A DNA stretch of 64,000 nucleotides from Eledone cirrhosa (GCA_964016885.1 OZ024747.1:76694001-76758000), one strand, 5' to 3'; positions 14,831 to 29,140 are shown, counted from the first letter of the stretch. A program made the numbers and translations. The notes: generated by a model not told the origin, from the sequence alone.

Positions 14831-14907
14831 TTACATATACACACACACAAACATGCATAAGTGTGTGTATGTGAGTATATACGTTTGATATCACCTGAGA
14901 TATTTCT

Positions 14908-14953
<46 letters not shown>

Positions 14954-15312
14954 TAACCACACCTGGCCACCTTCAATGACATCCTTCCCTTTCTATCACT
15001 ACCAGTTCCCTCCATCAGCCTCCCTCTCTTCTCATTCCTACCTTGGTCTCTCATACACCTGTCATACATCACAGTCTCCACACTGGACTAACTACTAACT
15101 TACGTCACACATTATCTCCACACAGAGTGCAAGTCAGAGAGGGGGGGGACAGAGAGAGAGGGAGTAAGAGACAGAGTGAGAAACAAAGAGACATGGAGAG
15201 AGGGAGAGAGAGAGAGAGAGATGCAGAGAGACATGGAGAGAGAGACAGTGGGAGAGACAGATAGAAAGACAGAGAAAGATGCAGAGAGGGGGATGAGAGA
15301 GAGAAACAGAGG

Positions 15313-15355
<43 letters not shown>

Positions 15356-15578
15356 TCAGACAGAAAGACAAAGAGACAAAGAGACAGAGAGAGATGCAGA
15401 GAGACATGGAGAGAGACAGAGAAAGGGGGAGAGAGAGAGAAACAAAGAGACAGGGAGAGAGACAGAGAGAGAGGCAGAGGCAGAGAAAGAGAGGCAGAGG
15501 CAGAGAAAGAGAGAGAGAGACAGAGAGAGAGGGGGAGAGAGAGGGAGAGAGAGAGGGAGAGAGAGTGAGACAGAGAGG

Positions 15579-15647
<69 letters not shown>

Positions 15648-15976
15648 AATGTGTTGGTATCACGCATTTCATTAACACCATCTCATATCACTTGATCTGC
15701 TAGAAATAACAGCCTACCGAAACCACATCATACTTTCACATACAACCACACACCTTATGGGTGGTAGACTTAAACTGGACGATCCTTTCAAAACCACCAC
15801 CTGATCTTTATGGGTGTTTAGCTGTGTCCACTCAAACATTCAGATCTGGTCCTGCATTTGGGGATAACCTCTTCAGTCCCTCCCTCACACCAGTCTCCAT
15901 AAAAAGGGTCATGGGAATTGTCTCATTTGAAACAAGAAAAGTAAAAATGAAAAAAATAATAACTTACTGCCCTAGC

Positions 15977-16600
15977 GCCACCACGAAATATTATAACCCC
16001 ACCACCACCACCACCAGATGTTATAACCCCACCACCGCCACCACCAAATATTATAACCCCACCACCACCAGATATTATAACCCCACCACCGCCACCACCA
16101 AATATTATAACCCCACCACCACCACCACGAGATATTATAACCCCACCACCGCCACCACCAAATATTATAACCCCACCACCGCCACCACCAGATATTATAA
16201 CCCCACCACCGCCACCACCAAATATTATAACCCCACCACCGCCACCACCAGATATTATAACCCCACCACCGCCACCACCAGATATTATAACCCCACCACC
16301 GCCACCACCAGATATTATAACCCCACCACCGCCACCACCAGATATTATAACCCCACCACCGCCACCACCAAATATTATAACCCAACCACCACCACCACCA
16401 GATATTATAACCCCACCACCGCCACCACCAAATATTATAACCCCACCACCGCCACCACCAAATATTATAACCCCACCACCGCCACCACCAGATATTATAA
16501 CCCCACCACCGCCACCACCAAATATTATAACCCCACCACCACCACCACCAGATATTATAACCCCACCGCCGCCACCACCAGATATTATAACCCCACCGCC
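15977..16600. repeat. 30-bp minisatellite (~20 copies)
   Basis: Unit ATATTATAACCCCACCACCGCCACCACCA(A/G). Confidence 0.95.
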
Positions 16601-16781
16601 TATCATGGGAGCTGAATTAATGGGTAAACCTCTTTAGGTTTACTCTACTTGCTAAATATAGCAGCCAAATAACCTTCTAACATTCCACCGTCTTAAATAA
16701 AGAGAACAGCTATTATAATCCAAGATTCCTGTATATAGACGGAGAAGTCGTGGTTGGAACGTCTTCGATGATAAACCTCCT

Positions 16782-17119
16782 GTAAAGTAGAGTTGAGGTA
16801 AAGTAGAACTGAGGTAAAGTAGAGCTGAGGTAAAGTAGAGCTGAGGTAAAGTAGAACTGAGGTAAAGTAGAGCTGAGGTAAAGTAGAGCTGAGGTAGAGT
16901 AGAATTGAGGTAAAGTAGAGCTGAGGTAAAGTAGAACTGAGGTAAAGTAGAGCTGAGGTAAAGTAGAGCTGAGGTAAAGTAGAGCTGAGGTAAAGTAGAG
17001 CTGAGGTAAAGTAGAGCTGAGGTAAAGTAGAGCTGAGGTAAAGTAGAGTTGAGGTAAAGTAGAGCTGAGGTAAAGTAGAGCTGAGGTAAAGTAGAGCTGA
17101 GGTAAAGTAGAGCTGAGGT
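16782..17119. repeat. 16-bp minisatellite (~21 copies)
   Basis: Unit GTAAAGTAGAGCTGAG. Confidence 0.95.
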
Positions 17120-17199
17120 TAACTAATACTAGTTCAAACAATTACTATTATCACTAGATATAACCACAGATACCGCTGTACGGATCCACTACTAGGTGG

Positions 17200-18525
17200 T
17201 CATACCACTACCACTACAACCACCACCACCACCACTAATACAACTACCACTACAACTAACACCATCACCACCACTACCACTACAACTACCACCATCACCA
17301 CTACCACTAATACAACTACCACTACAACTACTACCACTACAACCACCACCACTACAACCACCACCACTACAACCACCACCATCACCACAACTACCACTAC
17401 AACTAACACTACAACCACCACTACAACAACTACCACAACTACCACCACTAATACAACTATCACAACAACCACGACCACAACCACCACAACCACCACCACT
17501 ACCACTACCACGACTACCAAACCATCACCACTACATACCACCACCTCTACAACCACCACCACCACCACCACCACCACCACCAGTACTACACACCACCACC
17601 ACCACCACTGTAATACATCCTACCAATTTCAGTGCCATGAATATATGCAATAACCAAGGCAACAGCAGTGTTGTCAAAGAAAGACTGCAAATCTCACTGC
17701 ACATTGGAATGCAGCGTCATGCACTCGCTTATGTCAGGTGGTGGTGGTGGTGGTGGTGGTGTGTAGTGGTGGTGGTGGTGTTGTGGTGGTGGTGGTGTGT
17801 AGTGGTGGTAGTGGTGTTGGTGGTGTGGTGGTCGTGGTGGTGGTCGTGGTGGTATTGGTGGTGCTGGTGGTGGTGATAGTAGTGTTGGTGGTGGTGGTGG
17901 TGGTGGTGTGTAGTGGTGATGGTGGTGGTGTGTAGTGGTGGTGGTGGTGGTGTGTAGTGGTGGTGGTGGTGGTGTGTAGTGGTGGTGGTGGTGGTGTGTA
18001 GTGGTGGTGGTGGTGGTGGTGTGTAGTGGTGTTGGTGGTGGTGGTGTGTAGTGGTGGTGATGGTTGTGGTGGTGGTGTGGTGGTGATGGTGGTAGTGGTG
18101 GTAATGGTGGTGGTAGTGGTGGTGATGGTGGTGGTGGTGGTGGTGGTGGTGGTGGTGGTGGTGGTGGTGGTGGTGGTTGTGTTGGTGGTGTGTAGTGGTG
18201 GCGGTGGTGGTGTGTAGTGGTGGTGGTGGTGGTGTGTAGTGGTGGTGATGGTGGTGGTGGTGGTGTGTAGCGGTGTTGGTGGTGGTGGTGTGTAGCGGTG
18301 TTGGTGGTGGTGGTGTGTAGTGGTGGTGATGGTGGTAGTGGTGGTGATGGTGGTAGTGGTGGTGATGATGGTGGTAGTGGTGGTGATGGTGGTGGTGGTG
18401 GAGGTCACGATGGTGGTGGTAGTGGCGGTGATGGTGCTCGTAGTGGTGGTGGTGGTGGTGGTTGTCGTAGTGGGGGTGGTTGTGATCGTGCTGGTGGTGG
18501 TGGTGGTGGTGGTGGTGGTGTGTAG
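17200..18525. repeat. (ACC/ACT)n tract followed by oppositely oriented (GGT/AGT)n tract
   Basis: 17200-17610 is C-rich and 17737-18525 is G-rich. Confidence 0.85.
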
Positions 18526-18945
18526 AAGGTGATGAAAGGAATGGCGGGGTGGGGGAAAGGAAGAGGCATAAAACTAGCGTCTAAATGTCAGTGAACCTAC
18601 CACTGACATGTGTGTATATGTATGTGTATGGTTGTGATTGTGTGTGTGGTTGTGATTGTGTGTGTGGTTGTGTATGTGTGTGTGACTGTGCGTGTGCTTG
18701 TGTATGTGTATGTTTGTGATTGTGGTTGTGTATGTGTGTGTGCTTGTGCATTAGTATGTGATATGCATCAACACGCGTATATGTAGATATACATACAAAT
18801 ACACACATACATACATTCATACATACATACATACATACATACGTTCAAACGTACGCATGCACACACAATATATATATATGTGCATAAATATATGTTCACA
18901 TATATATACATATATAGGCGTATATATAGGCGTATGTATATATGT

Positions 18946-18982
<37 letters not shown>

Positions 18983-19301
18983 CGTATGAATATATGTACA
19001 TATATATATATGTACATATATGTATATGTGTACATATATATGTACATATATACATATATATACATATATATATACATATATATATATGTACATATATATG
19101 TATATATATATATACATATATATACATATATATATATATATGTATATATATACATATATATACATATATATACATATATATATGTACATATATATATGTA
19201 TATATATATACATATATATACATATATATACATTTATATATGTACATATATAAATGAAATATATATGTACATATATGTACATATTAAGGCGTATGAATAT
19301 A

Positions 19302-19344
<43 letters not shown>

Positions 19345-19361
19345 TATATATAATATATATA

Positions 19362-19451
<90 letters not shown>

Positions 19452-20560
19452 ATGTATATATGTATATATATATATAATATATATATATTATATATGTATA
19501 TATATATGTATACAATATATATATTGACAGAGAGAGAGATGTATATATGATTATATAAACACACCCACAGAGATACATACATACACATACACACACACAC
19601 ATACATACACATACATACACAGACAGACACACATATACATACTGTTAAGTACATTCATACATATGTATATTTTCTAACATCCAGTTGCACACTACATCTA
19701 CACATTCATCAACATTCATGCACATACATACACATGTGTGTGTTTATGTGTGTATATGTGTGTGAGTTTGCGAGTGTGTGTGTGTATGCATGTGTTTGTA
19801 TATGTGTGTGAGTTTGCGAGTGTGTGTTTGTATATGTGTGTGTGTATATGTATATATGTGTGTGTGTGTGTGAGTATGCATGTGTTTGTATATGTGTGTG
19901 AGTTTGCGAGTGTGTGTGTGTATATGTATATATGTGTGTGTGTGTGTGTGTGTGTGAGTATGCATGTGTTTGTATATGTGTGTGAGTATATGTATATATA
20001 TATATATATGTGTATGTGTGTGTGAGTATGCATGTGTTTGTATATGTGTGTGAGTATGCGACTGTGTTTCTATGTGTGTGGGAGTATATCGAGTGTGTTC
20101 GTATCTGTGTGTGTGAGTATGCATATATGTGTGTGTGTGCGTGTGTATGTGGTAACTCCAAACTCCACAATACATACACAATATATGGACAATAGAAGCC
20201 ACTATGAGCGACTATAGCAACCATAGTATCTATGATATGATATATTATATCTTACGTCTATTATATTCAGTATTGTAAAAAGACTAACATCCACAGAGCT
20301 TTGTGTAGTGTCAATCAACTGAGCAGTGTGTTAGGTATTGCGTTGTGGTGCGTGTAGTGCCATTGTCTTGGCAATTAACTGAACAATGCTGTTGTTGTTG
20401 TTAATGTTGTTGCTCTTGTATAAATTGTTTTTGTCGATGTTTAGCCTGAGGTCAGCTCTGATCAAGCAGACTTATCATAAAAGGCTTTCCAACGGTCGCC
20501 ACCCCGTTCTTTTACGTTCTTTCCTTTCCTTCTTATCTATCTAGCTATCTATCTAGCTAG

Positions 20561-20591
<31 letters not shown>

Positions 20592-20693
20592 CCTTCCTTT
20601 CTTCCTTCCTCTCTTTCTTTTGTCTTATACGTATCCACTGTTCTCAGTTCAATTCTGGCCGAGGGCAACTTCACAATTCATACATTCAGTGTT

Positions 20694-20840
20694 AATAATT
20701 GTTTCTGATTTAATCACAAGATTAGCAATTTTTGAGGGTGGGGAAAGTAGATTAAATCGACCCCAGTGCAGTATTGGTGCTTTGTTTTATCTACCCCGTT
20801 AGAATGAAAGGCAAACCTCGCGTCGGCGGGATTTAAACTC
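20694..20840 (-). mobile_element. SINE family 1 (long subtype), diverged
   Basis: GATTAAATCGACCCCAGTG..GAATGAAAGGCAAA..GGCGGGATTTAAACTC. Confidence 0.75.
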
Positions 20841-20855
20841 GTTCGGGATTAATAA

Positions 20856-22563
20856 CACCGTGTAAGATATATTACGTTCCTTGGTTCTAATTCTCATTTC
20901 CTGGTTTGTTATATCCCATTATTATGAAAAAACACTATTATTTAATCAGAAGTTTGGATTTGTGGTCAGGAGTTTGATATTTCGAAATTTTCATATTTTT
21001 CAAGAAAAAACATTTTTTTTTTAATTTATCAGTTCATATAATTAAATCAACAGAGTATATATTTATTCTATTACACAAGCTTATCAAAAGCAAACAAGTA
21101 AAAACAAATAACACTTATAAAGCAACTTATACACGTCAGAAATGACTGGCTTTCCTGGATTTGCGGTTGTAGTCCAGGTCGCATTCCTGCACTAGCCCCC
21201 AGATATAGTCCCCATCATTTTTTTCATTGTAGAGGCCCTGGTACCTCCTCTCTATCTCTTTCACATCTTGGTGGAATCGTTCGCCTTGTTCTTCTGAGTA
21301 GGCGCCCATATTGTCCTTGAATTTTTCCAGGTGAGCGTCCAGCATATGGAGTGTAAGCGACATCCTGCATCCCATGGCGCCAAAAGCCTTTATCAGATCC
21401 TGCACCAGTTGTTGGTAGTTTTCAGCTCTGTAGTTTCCCAGAAAGCCCTTAACAACTGCCTTGAAACAGTTCCATGATGTTCTCTCAATCCTATTGAGCT
21501 TATTGGAGAACTCGGTAGACTCAAACACCTTCTTTATCTGAGGTCCAACAAAAACTCCACCTTTCATTTTGGCTTCAGATAACTTGGGGAGGAACTCAAG
21601 AAGGTACTTAAAAGCGGCTGATTCTTGGTTGAGAGCCTTCACAAACTGCCTCATCGACCCCAACTTAATGTGCAGTGGCGGCATGAGCACAATCCTGGGA
21701 TCAACCAATGGCTCCCACATGACATTCCGGGTCCCAACTACAAATTCTGTTCGCTGCTCCCAGTGGCTCTGCTGTCCAAAAGGCAGAGGAAGCATTGGAA
21801 TTTGATAAAGCCTCCTTGGAGTCCAAGCAGGAAAGCCACCATCTTGAAGTCTCCAATGATTTCCCAATTGTACTGGTTGTATTGCAGAGCTTCCAAGAGG
21901 ACTTTCACACTGTAGTAATCTTCCTTCAGGCAGACTGAATGAGCTAGGGGCAGTGTCGGGAGCTTGTTTCCATTGTGGAGGAGGACAGCCTTCAAACTTG
22001 TGGTGGAGCTGTCTATAAATAGCCGCCACTCCTTGGGCACAAACGGCACCCCAATAACGTCAAACAGTCCAGGCACGTCATGGTAGAAGCAGAGGCCATC
22101 CCTAAGAGTGTAAAGGCCTGAGAAAGGTTCGTGTCGACTTCTCTGACTTGTCACCTGCACGTCCTCCTTGACTGCTTCATCCTGGAGACGAATGCTTAAA
22201 ACACAACTTACCCTTTATTCAGGGTGCGAAAATCCAGTATCAATAAGTCTCTTTAATCCACTTTTTAACAATTTTATACTTTATTGCACTTTTATAATTT
22301 TCTTTAGGTATTACTCTTTATTTTATAATTTTAATTTAACCTGAAACATATATAAAAAAAATCATTTAACATAAGCAAATTAAACTTACATACAACGTAA
22401 AATCCAGCATACAAATAATCCTAGTGAATAGCTTAGAATTTTTACAAACCCAAACTTTTAACTGTTTAATAGCACTTTTTTTTTTTATTTGGGACCTAAG
22501 CAACACAAGAAAAGTGATTACAAGCCAGGAACAGAGAAAAATTTTTTTTTTGTTACATGGGGG
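20856..22563 (-). mobile_element. Chapaev3-type (CMC superfamily) DNA transposon, internally deleted
   Basis: Terminus CACCGTGTAA at 20856 preceded by TAA; other end TTACATGGGG(G) at ~22553-22563 followed by TAA; contains a transposase remnant. Confidence 0.75.
21136..22175 (-). pseudogene. Chapaev3-like transposase, C-terminal ~330 aa, frameshifted near 21765
   Basis: Motifs EWRLFIDSS..SLKAVLLHNGN, GDFKMVAFLLGLQGG, CFLCL.DSR, PPLHIKLG, PKLSEAK..GVFVGPQI and SEEQGERFHQD..ERRYQG split across two frames; N-terminus absent. Confidence 0.85.
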
Positions 22564-22751
22564 TAATTGTTTCTACTTTTGGCACAAGGCCAGCAATTAC
22601 CCAGTACATTACTGGTTCTTTATTTTATCGTCCCCGTAAGGATGAGAGGCAAAGTTAACCTCGGCAGCATTTGAACTCAGACCGTAAAGGGACATAACTC
22701 TATGCTGCAAAGCATGGCGTCCGACCCTCTACCAATACTGCCAATCCACCA
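22564..22751 (-). mobile_element. SINE family 1 (short subtype), near full length
   Basis: Matches 9901-10087 throughout. Confidence 0.9.
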
Positions 22752-22941
22752 GGATTAATAATAAAATAGCAACCAGCTCAGAGTAATAAATTGGTAGAGC
22801 ATCGAACGAGATTCCTTGTGGCATTAGTTCTAGTTAGTCCCTTGCGTTCGAAGTTAGGTGCTACATCTCTCCCCTTGACCAGTTAACAGTAGCATCATGT
22901 TCTTCAGGGTGTGTTGTGGGTCTACTCTATGTGTGTGTGTC

Positions 22942-23023
<82 letters not shown>

Positions 23024-23136
23024 CTATATTAGTATTCGATTTCCGTTAGTGTAAACAATTATTTTAGAGTGATTATATAACAAGTAATTGATTACGTAAC
23101 ACATTCAAAGAAACACGTGTCAGTGTTATGAAATAA

Positions 23137-23226
<90 letters not shown>

Positions 23227-23717
23227 ACATACATATATATACATATGTGTGTGTGTATGTATGTTTGTATGTATTTATGTATTATTGTGATTATTGAGGT
23301 GTCGATAAAATAAACTAACAGTGAAGTACTGGGTTCGAGTTAGTCGACTTACCACATCCATGAAAATAATTGCCGGCCTTGTGCGGAAATTAGAAACGAT
23401 TATTCAATGAATACATACGTCCATGTAAAGCTGGTAGACCATGCGAATGAGAACGGAATCTAATAGTTCTCATAATTAAGAAACAAAACAAGAGCAATAG
23501 GCGAAGAGAAAACTGATGTCTACATATATAGATACAAATATGTAAAAAGTCAAATACGTTACTTGTAAGATAGCAAGTTCGCACATGTGTGTGTATATAT
23601 GTCTGTGTGTGTATGTGTGGGCATATATATGTGTGTGTGTGTGCGTGTGTGTGTGCATATAAAGGGAGAGAATAAAAGAGATATATATATAATTTATAAA
23701 AATTATATATATATGGG

Positions 23718-23810
<93 letters not shown>

Positions 23811-23902
23811 ATACATACATTTATTCATATATATATGCGCATATATCATATTAATATATATCATATCCGTATATATCATATACGTATATATCAAATATGT
23901 AT

Positions 23903-23953
<51 letters not shown>

Positions 23954-24120
23954 AGAGTGAGAGAGGTGGGGAGAGGGGGAGAGGGGGAGAGTGGCGGGAG
24001 GGGGGTTGAGAGAGAGAGAAGCAGTGGGATGAAATTGAAATAGCGAAGAAGGCAGAAAATATACGGTTTAACGTGAGAGAGAAAGAGTGAGATATAGAAA
24101 GTAAGAGAGACAGAGTGAGA

Positions 24121-24161
<41 letters not shown>

Positions 24162-24452
24162 GGGAAGGGTGTGCGTGATAGTGAGAGAGAACAGTGGTGA
24201 GACATTAGCTTCCATGTAATGTCGCCAGAGGCAAATCCAAAAGATATATATTGACGTGAGGAATCACGTCAGCCATGTTAATGAGACTGCCTGAAAATAT
24301 CAGTTCTACATGTTTGGAATAATACTCAGAGAAGCACGTACACACACACCTACACACTTCACACACCGAACACAGATACATACTTACAAACACACAGAAA
24401 TACATACACATACACATACCTATCACACGCATATAAAAATATACATGTGTAT

Positions 24453-24529
<77 letters not shown>

Positions 24530-24680
24530 GCGTTATAGCGTTAGATATATATATATGTGTGTATGTGTGTGTGTGCGTGTGTGTGTGTATGAGTGAGTGT
24601 GTGAGTGTGTGTTTGTGAGTGTGAGCAAGCGTATGCTTGCGCGAGCATTGTTTATATATATATATACATATATATATATA

Positions 24681-24718
<38 letters not shown>

Positions 24719-24742
24719 TATATATATATGTATATATATATA

Positions 24743-24944
<202 letters not shown>

Positions 24945-24960
24945 TATATATATATATATA

Positions 24961-25012
<52 letters not shown>

Positions 25013-25170
25013 TATCCGTACATATATTTGGGGGTATTATATGATAACTCTGGAGTGAATTTGAAAGCATAGAAAATATATTCAATGCCTTTAAGTAGAG
25101 TACAATAGCAGCTGAAAGTACGTGAGGCACTTGTCGGAGTTCCACCCCACCCCACTATATATATATACAT

Positions 25171-25238
<68 letters not shown>

Positions 25239-25362
25239 CTACCTGGAGTTGCGACCGATAAATAGTATTAGCAACTGGAAAGACCAACGGAAACATTGTT
25301 TCCTCGGTCCGATCTGGCGAAAGTCGATCGATCAAAAAAAAAATATATATATATATCTTATC

Positions 25363-25643
25363 TTAGTAAAAAGGAAAAGAAAATGCTGTCAAATTTTTCC
25401 CAGTGAAAAATAGTTTAATTAGGAATAAGTATAAATTAGTAATAAGTATTAGTTAGTATTCAGTTTTAGTTTTAGTCTATCTCAAAATTATTTTTGAAAA
25501 GCATTAGAAATGCGCAACATTTGAGATAGACTAAAACTAAAACTGAATACTAACTAATACTTATTACTAATTTATACTTATTCATAATTAAACTATTTTT
25601 CCCTGGGAAAAATTTGTCAGCATTTTCTTTTCCTTTTTACTAA
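25363..25643. repeat. 124-bp-arm inverted repeat with 33-nt spacer
   Basis: Arms 25363-25486 and 25520-25643 with a few mismatches; adjacent to (TA)n. Confidence 0.9.
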
Positions 25644-25667
25644 TATATCACTCGTGTGTCACACCTC

Positions 25668-25766
<99 letters not shown>

Positions 25767-26159
25767 TATATATATATGGGATTAGAACTGTTTCATTCGT
25801 ATGAAAAATGGAAAAATGACAATACTCCGTATTGAGTACTCTTTTTAACTGTGACTATTCCCCGACGCAACTCAAGAATGTACATATATGTATATATACA
25901 GTATATATACATATCATCCGGTCGACTTAAGAATTATTGAAAGTAATTAGAATTTAAAATGTAGTCCTCCCAACGCAGATAATTATAATAGTTCTGAATC
26001 ACTCTAAATATTATTAGAGACTATCGGGTAAAACATTCCTGGGAAATATGTACAAGGGATTCGATCGCCGCATCATACAGATGTCAGGCAGTTTTGTTAA
26101 CCCTTATGCTAAGAAGTTAAATCGTAGGAACAAATGCTTAGCAGAATTTGTTCTTGCTC

Positions 26160-26310
26160 TTTACGTACTGAGTTCAAATCCCGCCTAGGTTAGTTTTACC
26201 TTTCGTCCTTACAGATCGATAAGATAAAGTACCAGTAACATACTGAGATCGATTTAATTGACTTTCTCTTTCCCCAAAAACTGTTGTATTTGTACCTTAA
26301 TCAGAAACCA
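26160..26310 (+). mobile_element. SINE family 1, diverged
   Basis: CTGAGTTCAAATCCCGCC..CCTTTCGTCCTTAC..GATAAAGTACCAG. Confidence 0.75.
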
Positions 26311-27371
26311 TGATATATAAATATATCACATATGATTTCATTTACACATTATTATTATTATTATTATTGATTATCTCCAGGTCCTGCTTGAGAAGACCTA
26401 TGGTCAAATGTTCCTACTTTGTCCAATCCATCATTCTCTCAGCCACTGTGTATGCAGGATTAAATTATGCTTTGTTTAACTTTATATTTTAAGACAATGA
26501 TGTCTCAGATTGGATGGAAATTCAGTGCATATCTCCAGCAAATCGACTGCCTATGTAGATGGTTCCCTGGGGATCTAACTGGGCAGTAAGAAGACATTGT
26601 TTGTTTTCCTGGTGGTTATCTTGTTGATGTAGCTGCGATAGTTAACATCTTACCAGGCGATCTATATTCTTAACTACTTCAGATTGTATAACCAATGTTG
26701 TACAGTATCAGAAGAGTTATAAGTGAATCATTAGAAGCTTCAGGATTGCTAACTTTGGTTGTAAGAGAGATAGCCAGAATAGTATCATTCATATACTTAG
26801 TAGTTACGATTAGGTCAGAGGTGAAACATATATATTTTGCCAGGGATATTATTGGAAGGTCGGAATGTTCGAGAGACAGAAATCGTTGTGGCATGGGTCT
26901 GCCTTGATCGGGAAATGATGAGCGGATCTAATGGGACTAGAAACGGCGATGTTTAACAGTCACGAGTTGGTGATGACCCGGCTGATGGTATAGACATAAC
27001 AAGGAAAAGATAAATAACTTGTCTTTTAGATCTCAGTCTTTTACTGTTCTATATTGGTTATTTACATTCTATGGGGACCATGGTCAACTGGTTGCCATCG
27101 TAACAACTGAACAAGCAATACTAATGATAACACGGTTGTCTCTTTAAGAGTAAAAGCTATGCAAGTTATGAGAAAGAAAGAAAGAAAAAAGAAAGAGAGA
27201 AAGAAAGAAAGAAAGGTATTTGTGCAGGATGTGTACAGAATAGGTGAAAGTAAATTCCACAAGTAAAAGTGTGGGGAAGATGTTGGTCTGACTGACATTA
27301 GAAGAGGGAAAGAGTGAGGAAGGAGACAAATAACTACATGTGCTGAGAGAGACGGGGGAGAGAGAGGGAGA

Positions 27372-27438
<67 letters not shown>

Positions 27439-27671
27439 GTAGCTTGTAAGAGATCAGAGAGAGAGAGAGTCACAGTACGGTTGAGTTCGAGCCAGCAATC
27501 CAGTAAAGAGTTTCTGACAACTTCTGGAGGTAATATTTGGGAAACACGAAAGTGGACTCAACAAACAACAACAACAACAACAATAATAACAACGAAAACA
27601 ACAACAGCAACAACAACAGCAACAACAACAACAGCAACAACAACAGCAACAACAACAGCAACAGCAACAGC

Positions 27672-27706
<35 letters not shown>

Positions 27707-27722
27707 AGAAAACAACAACAGT

Positions 27723-27777
<55 letters not shown>

Positions 27778-28247
27778 GCAACAACAACAGCAACAACAAC
27801 AACAACAATAACAATAATAGCAACAGCAACAACGACGACGACGAAGACGACAATAATAATGACAAACACTAGAACAATGACGACAACAATAACAATTACA
27901 ACATCAAAATGAACAATAACAACAACAATAACAAACACTAGAACAACGACGACAACAACTACAAGAACAATAAGAAGAACAACAAAGCACCTTATGTCTA
28001 AAGGTGTCAAAATAGATTAGATAAGATTAAATAACAGACTAGACCTGCAGAGAGAGGGGGCGAGAGAGACAGAGAGAGGGGGGAGAGACAGTGAGGGAGA
28101 GAGAAAGAGAAAGAGAGAGAGAGGGGGTCAGAAAGAGAGAGAGAGAGAGAGAAGAAAGTACTAAGGGTGTATATTTACTATAGTAAATGTGTGTGAATGT
28201 GTGTATGTGTGTGAATATACTCATATATATATATATATATATATATA

Positions 28248-28909
28248 TTTCGTTTCTGAATTTGTTTAGCAAGATTCTTTATCTGAAATCGTGTGTTGAA
28301 ACCGATATTGTTATACTTTGGGAGGGTCATGTTGCCAATAAGAAACACACGCACCAGTTGCTTTCAATATATATAGTGGAACAGCAACATCACAACTTAC
28401 AATTAAGGACAAAATGAAAACACACACACACATAGAACAACATAGAACAAACAACTTACAATTGAGAACACACACAAAATGAAAACACACACAAGACAAA
28501 ATGAAAACACACACACACATAGAACAAACAACCAACCAACAATAAATAAATAAATAAACAAACAAATATAAATAGAAAAATAGAAAAATGAACACAAACA
28601 CACACAGACACCCGGATGTGGCGCATGCGCAAACTGAGCACGCAACCCACACACAAACAAAATGGCGTAGGATAGAAGAAAGGAAAGGCACAGAAACGAA
28701 GAAAGAAATCCCCAGTCACTGAAGAGGTCACAGAGTGTGTGACGAAAGAACTATGACTATATATATATAAACAACTATCTGGTTGTGGAACCAACCAACC
28801 AACCAGAAATTTATAAATTTGTAAATTTATAAATATATATTAAATTAAATTGAAGTGAAAGCAACTGGTGCGTGTGTTTCTTATTGGCAACATGACCCTC
28901 CCAAAGTAT

Positions 28910-28917
<8 letters not shown>
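28248..28917. mobile_element. (TA)n-embedded module with 62-bp inverted duplication (28305-28366 / 28856-28917)
   Basis: Shares GAAATCGTGTGT.GAAAC..ATATTGTTATACTTTGGGAGGGTCAT with 614-662. Confidence 0.7.
28612..28667 (+). promoter_or_regulatory. ETS + NRF1 + YY1 motif cluster
   Basis: CCGGATGT (28612-28619), GCGCATGCGCA (28621-28631), CAAAATGGCG (28658-28667). Confidence 0.45.
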
Positions 28918-28939
<22 letters not shown>

Positions 28940-28942
<3 letters not shown>

Positions 28943-29133
28943 ACGAAGGAGGTGTGGTAAGGAACCAGGTCGACCATAACGCACCAGAGTACTCAATACT
29001 TAGAGTAGTAGAGTAGGTAATATAAAAATGTTTAACCCCGGCGGCAGAGCTCAAGCCGTTTCGACGGCTATTTCTGGACTAGTCCAGAAATAGCCGTCGA
29101 AACGGCTTGAGCTCTGTCGTCGGGGTTAAACAT

Positions 29134-29140
<7 letters not shown>
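28940..29140. mobile_element. Family C module ending in a 112-bp palindrome (29025-29136)
   Basis: Palindrome centre ACT|AGT at 29080/29081; homologous to 36565-36770; (TA)n on both sides. Confidence 0.85.

Noticed and set aside
15761-16615. 284-aa YYNPTTATT repeat ORF
   Set aside because: 30-bp minisatellite open in several frames on both strands; no independent coding evidence.
26679-26894. Possible restriction-like endonuclease remnant (SDLIV..ILAISLT)
   Set aside because: Similarity too weak to support by eye.
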